NCBI GenBank assembly: GCA_965243135.1
Contig: OZ251539.1
Location: forward strand, 1,376,001 to 1,440,000
DNA length: 64,000 nt
Direction of reading: 5' to 3'
Origin: Alphaproteobacteria bacterium
GTDB taxonomy: Bacteria > Pseudomonadota > Alphaproteobacteria > MPNO01 > UBA830
Shown here: one piece after another, positions 10,137 to 19,760 of the stretch
Numbering within the stretch: position 1 is the stretch's first letter
Layout: each line of letters opens with the position of its first letter
Notes under the pieces: generated by a model
Database searches by the model: none
Told to the model about the DNA's origin: nothing
The model's input: the letters and a program-made list of their open reading frames with translations, nothing else
Position numbers and translations under genes: made by a program

Positions 10137-10293
10137 AGGTACATTGACTCGCCGACGATCCCGGACTATCGTAATAATTGAGGTTGCTACCCTCCTGTGG
10201 CAAATGTAGAGATGGATGGATGATGACTGAATCTTTCTGCGTCTGAATTTCGCGGCTAGAACTTGCTGGAATCGTAAGGTTAAACTACAGCTT

Positions 10294-10965
10294 TTGGATC
10301 GCTATATGCCTGCAAGACCGCTGACCCCACCTAGGCGCGTCGATGCTCTGGTTGATTGGAACAGCCAATTTCATATGGTCCAGAACCGGTCACTTCCCCC
10401 GCATTCAGCGTCACTGTCTCGGCTTGTTCTCAAATACCTCTGCCGAAACGTAAGCGAATGTCTGGTCAAGGCCGAGCCAGGCGGCAGGTTTGAAGTGCAC
10501 CTCCGAGCATATCACGGCTGGCATAACGGCTTCCAGCCAACACCACGGAGAAGGGCCGCTATTGATGCACAGTCTGGCGACCCAAACGATCCGAACGACC
10601 AAGGCCTGTTAGGCTACTCGCCTCGACGAGAGGTGATTTTTCGTTCGTTTGCGTTCGGCGACAAGCTTCTTTTTGCGCTTGATAAACGTTTACATGTTGG
10701 ACTGGATTGCCATCTGCCGGGAACCCTTCAGCGGATTCGCGACGATTACGAAGAAAAGATGGTTGATACGGCACTTGCAAGTGACCTTGTCTATCTTGCG
10801 CTCTCGGATACGAATAGCTGGCTTATGGTTGTCGGGCAGGATCGCGATCTGGTGCCCGCACTCTACGTTGCCGAGGCGGCGGTCGACGGAACGGAACGCC
10901 GCGTGTTTTTTCTCGCCCGCGATAGCATAAGTCTACTCAAGCTGGATGGGTTACAATATCCATGA
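10294..10965 (+). CDS. NYN/PIN-fold ribonuclease-like protein (start may be ATG 10306)
   Basis: Acidic active-site pattern ALVDWNS ... EKMVDTALASDL ... VVGQDRDLVPAL. Confidence 0.75.
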   Translation: MDRYMPARPLTPPRRVDALVDWNSQFHMVQNRSLPPHSASLSRLVLKYLCRNVSECLVKAEPGGRFEVHLRAYHGWHNGFQPTPRRRAAIDAQSGDPNDPNDQGLLGYSPRREVIFRSFAFGDKLLFALDKRLHVGLDCHLPGTLQRIRDDYEEKMVDTALASDLVYLALSDTNSWLMVVGQDRDLVPALYVAEAAVDGTERRVFFLARDSISLLKLDGLQYP

Positions 10966-13160
10966 ACGCTCCTGTTCCCCTGATCCGTAGTGACCTCGTG
11001 CCTTTTGCGGATTTCGGCACGGAAGTGCCGGAACCGCGGGTGACCGAATCCGAACGTAGATTCACTCTCACCCGTAACGGAACCGAGTGGACAATTACGG
11101 TCGGATCGGATCAGCGCATCACGCTGTCCGGACCCGTTGACCAGAGGCAGTCCTTTCCGTCCGCGGCAGCGATGTTCGCCGGACCTGCGTTTGGAGATCT
11201 TGATCGCTGGTCGCGGCATCAGGCTTATGTCTCCATGAAGTCGGCTAGCTCCGCTGAACCGATTCCGATGATGGGAACTTTGCGAACAGCCGAGAGCGGG
11301 ACAACGGACTCGGATGCGTTAGATCTTGACGTCGAAAAATTAGATGCGTTCCTGACGGCGCATCGATCCAGCATGACGACCGATACATCCCTCATCCTAG
11401 TCGTTGACGGACCGGCCGGAAGCGGAAAAACAACTCTCATCGAGGATCTGACACTCCGCCGCGCCAATGCATGGCAGAGCTATTTGAAGCCTTTGGTTCT
11501 TCATGTAGAGAGCCGTGGACGTGTGTTACAGAATCTGCGAGACTTATTGGCGTTTAGCTTGCAAACGTTGCGTGTGACGGTCACCTACGATCAGGTCGTG
11601 CCGCTGGTGCGGCACGGCCTTGTCATGCTGGCGATAGATGGCTTCGACGAGCTAGCTGACCCGACCGGTTACCAGACGGCTTGGTCGCAACTCAACGAAT
11701 TGATAATCCATACGCGAGGTCGGGCAACCTTGATAATGGCAGGACGAGAATCTTTCATTTCGCGCCCCCGGGTGGAGAGGGCGTTGCCGGCGTATAGGCG
11801 GAAAGACGATCGGATGCCATTGTTTACCATTGACGAGGTACGTCCTCATGAGGCGAAGAAATGGCTTCAAGGCCTTGGATGGACGGACGCGGCCTTCTCG
11901 TTACCGGCTGTGGAACCTATATTTGAACCAGGTTCATATGCGTTGCGACCGGTTTTCCTCTCACAGTTCCATCACCTGAAGGACGAGCTTCAAGAACGGA
12001 ACGAGATTGTTTCAGATCTGCTATCCTTTCTTGTTGAGCGGATGCTGGATCGGGAGTCGAGCAAGTTTACCGAGGCTGTTGAGGGAAACGAATTGCCGCG
12101 GATCCGAAGCTTTTTGAAGCGTCTGTTGCAGGAGATCGCGCGCGATTTGGCCGAGAATCAAGTTAACGCTATTCCAAACGAGAGTTTACGCTGGATCGCT
12201 GAGTTTGTCGCATCCGGGGTTTTCCCTTCTGATTTTGTCGACCTCCTTGTTAACCGAGCTGAAAGCGTTGCCTTTTTGATGCCTGACGCGCGCTTCGAAC
12301 ACACGCGTTTTAGTCATGAGCAAATTTCGATCCATTTTCTCGCTCAGGAAAGCCTGCGAGCGATTGCCGATGGCGAAGTGCCGAAGTATGTTCGGCGTAA
12401 CATTTTCGGTCGAGAGGTCTTGGATGGATTTGCGCGAGCTGTAGAATCGCTAGATGCTCTCAAGGCTAATGAATTCGTTACGGCTTGCAAAAAACAGTTT
12501 ACCGTGTTCGGAAATGCGGACAGGTCGAAGCGGAATCTAGCGGCGTTGGCTATAGTCGTTTCTTGCATGGTGGAGATCCCGTCAGAAGAACCGCTGCGTT
12601 TTGACAATGTCGACTTGGGCGAAATTCTGATACCGGCGGATGCTGCGCCAATCGTTTTTTCCAAAGTTGTCATCGGGACGCTCTATGCAAGGAATGTAGA
12701 TCTGACGTCCATTGTCTGGGACAATGTAGGAATCGTTACGCTTTTTTCGAACGAATTTACTGTGTACGGAGACGGTATTCCGTTGCCTGCCGTAGTGGAG
12801 CTGCCTGGAAGGACATTGCGAAATCGTCAAGAGATCGAAGAATGCCTATACCCGGTAACGTCCTCTATGAGCGCAGAGGGATCGACTGCGTCGGTGGAAG
12901 ATGTTGATCTTCTTAAACGGATCGACCGATACCGTCACTTCTGGTTGCGTGAAGCTCGGGATACTACAGATCGATCCGCCCGCAAGATCATCAGTGATCC
13001 AAACTGGGCAAGGGTTCGTCAAATTTTGCTGGAAAAACAGCTTATGATAGAGCGCACCGTTGCAGCTTCCGGTCCCCACGATAAGTTTATACACTTTCGC
13101 AACTCCATAAATAAGTTCGCTGATAATTATGAGTTGATTTCCGCTCTTCAAAATGGATGA
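10962..13160 (+). CDS. NACHT/STAND P-loop NTPase (NLR-like)
   Basis: Walker A VDGPAGSGKTT, Walker B LAIDGFDEL, AGRESF; C-terminal beta-solenoid-like stretch (FDNVDLGEI, ARNVDLTSIVWDNV); ATGA overlap with the NYN gene. Confidence 0.85.
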   Translation: MNAPVPLIRSDLVPFADFGTEVPEPRVTESERRFTLTRNGTEWTITVGSDQRITLSGPVDQRQSFPSAAAMFAGPAFGDLDRWSRHQAYVSMKSASSAEPIPMMGTLRTAESGTTDSDALDLDVEKLDAFLTAHRSSMTTDTSLILVVDGPAGSGKTTLIEDLTLRRANAWQSYLKPLVLHVESRGRVLQNLRDLLAFSLQTLRVTVTYDQVVPLVRHGLVMLAIDGFDELADPTGYQTAWSQLNELIIHTRGRATLIMAGRESFISRPRVERALPAYRRKDDRMPLFTIDEVRPHEAKKWLQGLGWTDAAFSLPAVEPIFEPGSYALRPVFLSQFHHLKDELQERNEIVSDLLSFLVERMLDRESSKFTEAVEGNELPRIRSFLKRLLQEIARDLAENQVNAIPNESLRWIAEFVASGVFPSDFVDLLVNRAESVAFLMPDARFEHTRFSHEQISIHFLAQESLRAIADGEVPKYVRRNIFGREVLDGFARAVESLDALKANEFVTACKKQFTVFGNADRSKRNLAALAIVVSCMVEIPSEEPLRFDNVDLGEILIPADAAPIVFSKVVIGTLYARNVDLTSIVWDNVGIVTLFSNEFTVYGDGIPLPAVVELPGRTLRNRQEIEECLYPVTSSMSAEGSTASVEDVDLLKRIDRYRHFWLREARDTTDRSARKIISDPNWARVRQILLEKQLMIERTVAASGPHDKFIHFRNSINKFADNYELISALQNG

Positions 13161-13210
13161 TGCAAGTATAGAATGTGCCGGGTACAGATCTATTTTTGCA
13201 AAATTTTGTC

Positions 13211-13323
13211 GTGTAACTAACCCCGAGCTGCCGGACGTCCGAAACCGTTCCGCAACCGATGATATTTTCGCGGCGGTGCTCACTGTTTGAGAATTCGGGA
13301 ATGGGACGCTGAGGACGCTGAGG
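13211..13323. repeat. Repeat A partial copy
   Basis: gtgtaactaaccccgagctgccgg...gagaattcggga...gacgctgagg matches 724-830. Confidence 0.7.
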
Positions 13324-13374
13324 TCTGCTTCGTGGTGCAAGTCTGACGTAAGCGTTCGGTCGTGGGGTGACGGT

Positions 13375-14165
13375 CTATTTGTTGAGGCTCCTCTTCCAGT
13401 CCCGCCGCAGGGGCTTCAGCGTCCTTGACCGGGAGAGCGCGTTCTTTCCGGGTCTTGCCCCGGCCCTGTGTTTTGCCGACCTTGCTGGCGGCCCGGTAGC
13501 AGCTTCCTTCGAAGCGCGGCGCCTCGCAGAAGGTCTCGAGCAGGACCGGAGCGTAGCGGTGCTCCCAGTCGTCCGGCAACCGTCGTTCGACCAGAGCGAG
13601 GGGACGCGAGGTTTTTTATCCGAACCCAGGGCAGGAACCGGGCATTGTTGACCGCCAGCGGTGCGGCGGCGGGTCTCGGGGTTCCACGAGCTTGTCCCGG
13701 GGCGCGATCTTCCAGGCCGCGGCGCCGAAGCCGAGGACGGCGAGGGGTTCGCCGCCAGCGGCCCGGACGAAGTATCGCATTTGCGCGCCGGGCAGCGTGG
13801 AGTAGCCAAGATAATGGTAGCGAGCGACGAACTCGTTCCAGAGGCGGCCTTCGCCTGCGTTCCGGACAGGCTCCGCGGCGACGGGCTGGACATCGGCGAG
13901 ACGTTCGGGGACCGGGAACAGGGGCCTGTCGGTCGCGGGGCCGGGCACGGGCGTACGGTCGGCGTTTGCCTCGGCGGCGGCAGGACGATCACGCCGTGCA
14001 TGCGCAACATGGCCACCCGCGCGCTCATATCCTTTAGGCCGCCGTCGGGCTTGCGCCAGTCGAGGCGCCGGCAGACCTCCCGCGGCAGCGCCCCGCGGCT
14101 GAGGCTGCACCTCAGGGAGCGGCTCGTCCTCGGAGAAGTCGCGCCCGCAGTAGCGGCAAGGGCCG
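13375..14165 (-). pseudogene. DUF4338 (DruA-like) protein, multiply frameshifted
   Basis: LWNEFVARYHYLGYSTLPGAQMRY...LGFGAAAWKIAPRD; PVLLETF...FEGSCYRAA...GKTQGRGK. Confidence 0.8.
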
Positions 14166-14169
14166 CCGC

Positions 14170-15690
14170 TCACGGTCCCTGGGGGAGAGGCCAGGAGCGG
14201 AGGCGCTCCTCGCCTGCGCCCCATGGTAGCCAGTCAGCAGGGCCTTCGGGCGGTGGACGACGGGCGCAAGCATAATCAAGCAGCCAGCTGTACGGCGAGA
14301 TGCCGGCCATCGTGCCGAAGATGGACATGCCCGCCAACCGCGCTCCGTCCACGCTTTGCGACCCGAACGAAAGTTTCCGGCTGAGGCCGCGCAAGCCGCG
14401 TTCGGCGGGGTTGTTGTCCATGGGAACGGCCGCGTTGTCCACGAAGGTTGTCAGGCCGTCGCGGTGGCGCAGCAGGGAGTCCAGAGGGCCGCGTTGCGCC
14501 GCGCTCTCCGGGAGCGCGTCCCGCGCCTTTTTCGCCGCCGCGAAGAACGCTTCGGCGAACCTCGCGAGCCGCCGCTGGGCGGCGGCGTTGCCCGGGCTCG
14601 CCAGACGTCTGGCGTTGAGACGGTACAATGCGTGACGAAGCCACTTTTGGGCGAACCGCGCGAGGTTCGGGTAGCCGGTCTCGAGGTTGACGAAGTCGCG
14701 CCTGGCATGGACCCAGCAATATGAAAGGACGATGCACCCCTCCATGACGCGCGCCAGCAGGCGGAGTAGCGGTCGCAGACCAAGTAAGCCGCCTGTCCGG
14801 GCGAGCCGAGCCCCCTGAACAACTCAAGGGCGGCTTCCGCGCTGCGTGACGGCAACGATGCGGACCGCGTCCGTCGCCCGGGCGGCCCAGGCGCGAGCGT
14901 TGCCTCCGTCCTCCTCGTCCAACTCCCGTCCACCCCGTTTCGTCGCCGTGAACGACCGGCGCCTCCGACAGGCGCCGTGAGATCTCTTCGTCGAGCGGTC
15001 AGGCGCAGGAACCGTCGCTGGGCGTCCGCCAACGTGCCGGGGGCGAGCCCGTGCTGGCTTAGCGCGCGGCAGACCGAACGCAGCGGACGATGCAGGCCGT
15101 ACCTCTCCGCCAGGACGTTCGCCCAGACGGAGACTCCGTACCGGGTAAACAGCCTCGCCGGGGCCGGGCCGACGACCTCCTTTTCCGGTCGGCAGGTACA
15201 GGCCGGGCGCAGCCGCTTCCGTCGAATCCTCCTGACATAGGTGACGGTCCTGGTTTCGACGAGCTCCGTGTCCTTCCAACCGTTCGAGACCCAGGCCTTG
15301 CCGCAGTCCGGGCACGTGCGCTCGTCCGGAATCGACTCTTCCTCGCGAACGGGCAGTTCGGGGCGCTGCGTGCGACCATGCGACGGCGTTCCCTGGCGGC
15401 GCCCCCGGCGTCGACCGGTTGCCGTAGGCCGCCGCTCGCTGCGGCGCCCGAACAACTCCCGGGCAAACCTGCGGCTGCGGGACTTCAGACTCTCGTTCTC
15501 CGGCGTTTCCGCAGTTCGACACGGGGGCGGCACCTCATGTCTCTTTATCTCGGCGTCGCAGCAACACTTCTCCGCTTTCTGGACCGCGGTCTCCAGCTCC
15601 CGGCCGAGATCCGCACTCTCCCGGCGCGCCGCGGGCAGCTCCTGGCCGCCGCCCGACAACTCGGTCCCCGGAAGTGAATGTTCGCTCGAC
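14170..15690 (-). pseudogene. tnpC: IS66 TnpC transposase, degenerate
   Basis: LFGRRSE, zinc finger CPDCG...CTC, LVCDRYSA, CWVHARRDF, MDNNPAERGLR. Confidence 0.85.
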
Positions 15691-15974
15691 ATGGCGACCG
15701 TGGAGCCAAAAACGCGTGTCCAGCCCCCGCCCGAATCATTCGCCAAGCTCAACCGAACGTTTACTCCGCGAGGAGCGCCGGGCCGCCAACCAGGGGTGGA
15801 CAGCCTCAGGCACCCGGAACGAACGCGCTCTCCCGGTCAAGGATGTCTGGTTGAACCCTTGCCTGGAGGCGGACTCTCAAAACCGTCACCCCACGACCGA
15901 ACGCTTACAGTCTGACATGGCCAAATCGGAAACGGCTATTGATGTTTAGAAACTGTGCACGCTGCAAGGCCAGA

Positions 15975-16150
15975 GATTTCGTGACAAAGCGTCGTTCCGA
16001 GCGCGGATTTGGTGCGGGCTGGAGGACAAAAAAAAGGAATCCTCCTGGTTCGCGGCAGAATGTCGGTTTGAACCCACAACCCATGTCGATCTTGAAGTCT
16101 TCGAATGGTTTGCCCCTTGCGAAGTTCTCCTCGGTTTCCGCTGGTGGGTG
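15975..16150 (+). mobile_element. Left-end fragment of the same element as 1-975
   Basis: gatttcgtgacaaa...aaaaaaaggaat...gcggcagaatgt..aacccacaac...ATG (MSILKSSNGLPL) matches rc of ~560-720 plus 962-975. Confidence 0.7.
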
Positions 16151-16430
16151 CGCTCACCGACAACCGTCGTTCCGGTGAAACCGGAGCGGTTTACGGAGGC
16201 TGAAGCACTCTGGGAAAGGCCGGCGAAGGCCGCTCGGCGAACATACGGGCCGAATTGTGTAGTGAACATTGAGCAGAACACAGACAATTCGGAGGTTAAC
16301 TCCGGCGAACGTGGGAGAAATCCGCTGACGGCCGGGAAGAGAACGACGAGCGCGCCGGCCGGATCCGGCGGGCTCGCGTCATGCCACGGCCGTGCCAGGT
16401 TCGGATGTCGGGGCACAGGGCGGGACAGTC

Positions 16431-16530
16431 TTCGGCGTCACGCTCCCGAACTCCAGGGTATCGCTGCGAAAAATTCCTTGTTTCGCGGAACGATATTCTC
16501 CTGCCCGCAGCTTGGGGGTAGTTGCGCAGC
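16431..16530. repeat. Repeat A diverged partial copy
   Basis: gcgtcacgctcccgaa...cgcggaacg...gggggtagttgcgcagc. Confidence 0.6.
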
Positions 16531-16862
16531 CGAGAGTGTTCATGGCTGACGCTTGCTTCTCGGGCTGCAAGCGTTGGCCTGCGACGGACATTCGACCTGT
16601 GACGCACGGCCACTGGCCTTGACCGGCTCCCATTCGACGAGCTTGACGCTCCGGACGGGTTTTTCGGTGCCGGTTTTGCCACCATGCTTGCACCGTGCGA
16701 GGTTTCCAGGAGTGCGCTGAAGGTGGCTCCGTGTCTCTTCCGGGCGCGCCCGGATGCCTTGAACTTCCGCGGGCTCGGCGTCCCGCACGGCTGATAGGCT
16801 GCCCTGTTTCGGAGCGGTGTCCCGTGCGTGCGATCGGGCGCGGCAGGCGTTATAGTTCACCC

Positions 16863-18461
16863 ATGCGCCGTTTCAATACAGAGGGGCCGGTGCGCCCGGA
16901 CAAGCACTACGCCATCCAGCCGCTGGAGCGGATGGGCTTGGAGAAACTGCTGGACCTGATTCGGACCCGGAACTACTTCGTGCTGCACGCGCCGCGCCAG
17001 ACGGGCAAGACCTCCGCCCTGATCGCCCTGCGCGACCTGCTCAACAGCGGCGAAGCCGGCAATTTCCGTTGCGTGGACGTGAACGTCGAATCCGCCCAAG
17101 TGGCGCGGGACGACACCGCGCGCGGCATCCGCGCCATTCTGGGCAGCCTGGCCACGAGCGCGCGTCTGCTGGGCGACGACTACCCGGACGGCGTCTGGCC
17201 GGACATTCTGGCGAAGGCGGGGCCGGATAGCGCGCTGAACGAGCTGCTCTCCCGCTGGTGCGCGGCGAACCCGACGCCGCTGGTGCTGCTGGTGGACGAG
17301 ATCGACTCGCTGGTCGGCGACACCCTGCTCTCGGTGCTGCGCCAGCTCCGCGCCGGCTACGAACATCGTCCCGAGGGCTTTCCGCAGAGCGTCGTGCTGT
17401 GCGGGTTGCGCGATGTCCGCGACTACCGCATCCGGTCGACCGTCGGCGAAGTCGTCGCCGGCGGCAGCCCGTTCAATGTCGCGGCGAAGCCGGTTCGCCT
17501 GGGCGACTTCACCGAGGCGGAGACGCGCGCGCTGATGGCGCAGCACACGGAGGAGACCGGCCAGCGCTTTTCGGAGGCGGCGCAGGAAGCGGTGTGGACG
17601 CAGACGCGAGGCCAGCCGTGGCTGGTGAATGCGCTGTGCGCGGAGGCATGCTTCGACAACAAGGCGGGGCGGGACCGCTCGCGGACGATCGAACCGGACG
17701 ACGTCTACGCGGCGCGGGAGGAGCTGATCCTGTCGCGGCGCACGCATCTTGACCAGCTGCTGCACAAGCTTGAGGAGGAGGAGCGGGTGCGGCGCGTCGT
17801 CGAGCCCATCCTGGCCGGCGGCCTGCCGCAGTACGATGCCGACGACTTGGGGTACGCGCGCGACCTGGGCCTGCTCGCGCCGGACTCGCCCCCGCGCATG
17901 GCGAACCCGATCTATGCGGAGATGGTGCCGCGCGAACTGGGCTATATCCTGCAAAGCAGCCTGGACATGCAGTTGGCTTGGTACGTGGACGGGCGGCTGG
18001 ACATGACGAAGCTGCTGACGGCGTTCCGCGCGTTCTTCGGCGAGCACGCGGAGCATTGGCTGGAGCGCTTCAGCGAGTATCCGGAGGCTGGCCCGCAACT
18101 CATCCTGCAGGCGTACCTGCAGCGGGTGGTGAACGGCGGCGGGCGGATGGAGCGGGAGTACGGCCTCGGGCGGGGGCGGACGGACCTTCTGGTGCTGTGG
18201 CCGCGGGAGGCGGGTCAGCCGTCGGATCTGTGGGAGCGTTTCGTGGTCGAGTGCAAGGTGCTGCGGGACTCGGACCGCAAGAGCTTGGAGCGGACCGTCG
18301 AGCAAGGGGTGGAGCGGACGCTGGGCTACATGGCGAAGTGCGGGGCGGACGAAGGGCATCTGGTGGTGATCGACCGCCGGGCCGCCGCGGAAGAGCGCCG
18401 GAGCGGCGAGGCGGGCGGGGACCGGCAGGACGAGCGCGGGGTGACGGTCTGGGCGCTGTAG
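16863..18461 (+). CDS. AAA-like ATPase with C-terminal PD-(D/E)XK domain
   Basis: MRRFNTEGP, HAPRQTGKTS, LLVDEID; C-terminal EREYGLGRGRTDL...VVECK. Confidence 0.88.
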   Translation: MRRFNTEGPVRPDKHYAIQPLERMGLEKLLDLIRTRNYFVLHAPRQTGKTSALIALRDLLNSGEAGNFRCVDVNVESAQVARDDTARGIRAILGSLATSARLLGDDYPDGVWPDILAKAGPDSALNELLSRWCAANPTPLVLLVDEIDSLVGDTLLSVLRQLRAGYEHRPEGFPQSVVLCGLRDVRDYRIRSTVGEVVAGGSPFNVAAKPVRLGDFTEAETRALMAQHTEETGQRFSEAAQEAVWTQTRGQPWLVNALCAEACFDNKAGRDRSRTIEPDDVYAAREELILSRRTHLDQLLHKLEEEERVRRVVEPILAGGLPQYDADDLGYARDLGLLAPDSPPRMANPIYAEMVPRELGYILQSSLDMQLAWYVDGRLDMTKLLTAFRAFFGEHAEHWLERFSEYPEAGPQLILQAYLQRVVNGGGRMEREYGLGRGRTDLLVLWPREAGQPSDLWERFVVECKVLRDSDRKSLERTVEQGVERTLGYMAKCGADEGHLVVIDRRAAAEERRSGEAGGDRQDERGVTVWAL

Positions 18462-18577
18462 TTTCTGTGCCGCCCGGGAGGACGAACGGGCAGCTGATGG
18501 TCAGGATCGTCGCAACGGCTTGCAAGGATCGGCGGGGCCAAGATCGGTAGCGGGCCGGCGAGAAGAGGGCTCCTGCC

Positions 18578-18665
18578 GCGTGCGCCTGACCCGCCGACCG
18601 CAAAACGCCGTTTCGCGAACTGGAAAACTTTTCGTGGCGACGCTCGCTTTTCGGGAGTGCGGCAT
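18578..18665 (+). repeat. Dispersed repeat C, copy 1
   Basis: gcaaaacg..gtttcgcgaac.ggaa.acttttc shared with 24280-24376. Confidence 0.55.
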
Positions 18666-19125
18666 CCGTGTTGTCTTCGCGCCGACAACTCCCGCCAAGG
18701 CTCGAATCCCATGGAAAGTGAGCGTTCGCTACCCGGGGGACGAAAAAATTTGTCTGGGGACCGGACACGGGGTTTTTAATCCTTGCGCCTTCATTGGCGA
18801 TACCAGATTTTCGCTTCGAAATGACTGACAGACGGGGTTGCTGGCAACGACCCTCCGGCACCGGGATGAGGCGGACCTTCCACCTCCTCGGGCGAAAAAT
18901 CCCCTAAGTCCGGAGCGGAGGTCTTGTTTGAAGCCATGGCTGGCGAGTAACCGAATCGGCTTGCGAAAGCTAAAGAAAGACGCAGCGCGGCGAAGAAAAA
19001 GCGGAATCATGCCGCAGCCCTAACGCGGGATCGCCTTGGCCCGCCCCGGTATCTTGACTCGCTGGCCAACCTACCCCGATAATGCCCCTGCGACAGGGGT
19101 TGCCGACCGCCTGCCGTGCACTTCA

Positions 19126-19760
19126 TTATGGACGCCCGACGAAAGCGTTTTTTCATGGAAAGCTCGGTGCATGTGGTCAAGTGCATTCGTGTCTCTCAGC
19201 GACTTCGGTGGCCGCGGACAGCGATACGCGGGCCGGATCCAAGTTGCGTGCTCGAAGTACGCAAGAAGTGCCGCTTTAGCGGTTCTATGACCATTTGCCC
19301 TTACTCTCCCTCCATCCTTGTCCCCGACGTCCAGCGCAAGCGTTGCCTGACCCTAGGAAACCCTTCTGTCGAAAGTCGGCACGGTCGCCGGCGCTCGGTA
19401 GGACTCCTCCTTCTTCGTCGGTGGCGCTCAGGCGCATGCCGTTGGCCAGAGCCGCCGCCGCCAGCTTCGGAGGCTTGGTCGCAAGCGCCAGCCACGAGCC
19501 CGCGCCGCGTCGTTTCGCCAACCGAACGACCGGCATGTCGCCGATGCTTTGTCACGCCGCCCCGTGGCCGAGCCTCGCCTTGCCGCCCGTGTTGTCTTCT
19601 CTCGGCATCAGACCCAGCCAAACCGCGGAGTCGGGCCCCAACCGGAAATTTGGCGGTGCGAAGGCTGCCGAAGCGGTCATGGGACCGGCGTCGAGCATGC
19701 TTCGTATCAAGTTCTCGTCCTCCCTTTATGGGGGACGGGACCACCGTTAGAGTAGCATTA
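19126..19760 (-). mobile_element. Internally deleted IS110-family (IS1111-like) remnant
   Basis: AVWLGLMPREDNTGGKARLG and SWLALATKPPKLAAAALANGMR at ~19430-19650; ~300 bp non-coding tail ending gggcgtccata. Confidence 0.55.

Larger units (their letters stand above)
13348..15908 (-). mobile_element. IS66-family element (no tnpA/tnpB seen) carrying DUF4338
   Basis: Perfect 27-bp TIRs GTAAGCGTTCGGTCGTGGGGTGACGGT (13348-13374, 15882-15908) and 8-bp TSD AGTCTGAC (13340-13347, 15909-15916). Confidence 0.93.

Noticed and set aside
13375-14165. Druantia defence system
   Set aside because: Only a broken DUF4338 inside IS ends; no DruE helicase or other dru genes
16180-16260. ERFTEAEALWERPAKAARRTYGPN resembles a TPR helix
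   Set aside because: Too short, with no supporting ORF context
16695-16862. Long N-terminal extensions given by the ORF track (also 4072, 26480-29179, 30426, 33445, 43035, 43080)
   Set aside because: Family-typical starts lie downstream; extensions run through repeats or other genes
18720-19120. Non-coding stretch possibly holding an ncRNA or IS end
   Set aside because: No second copy, TIR pair or recognisable structure
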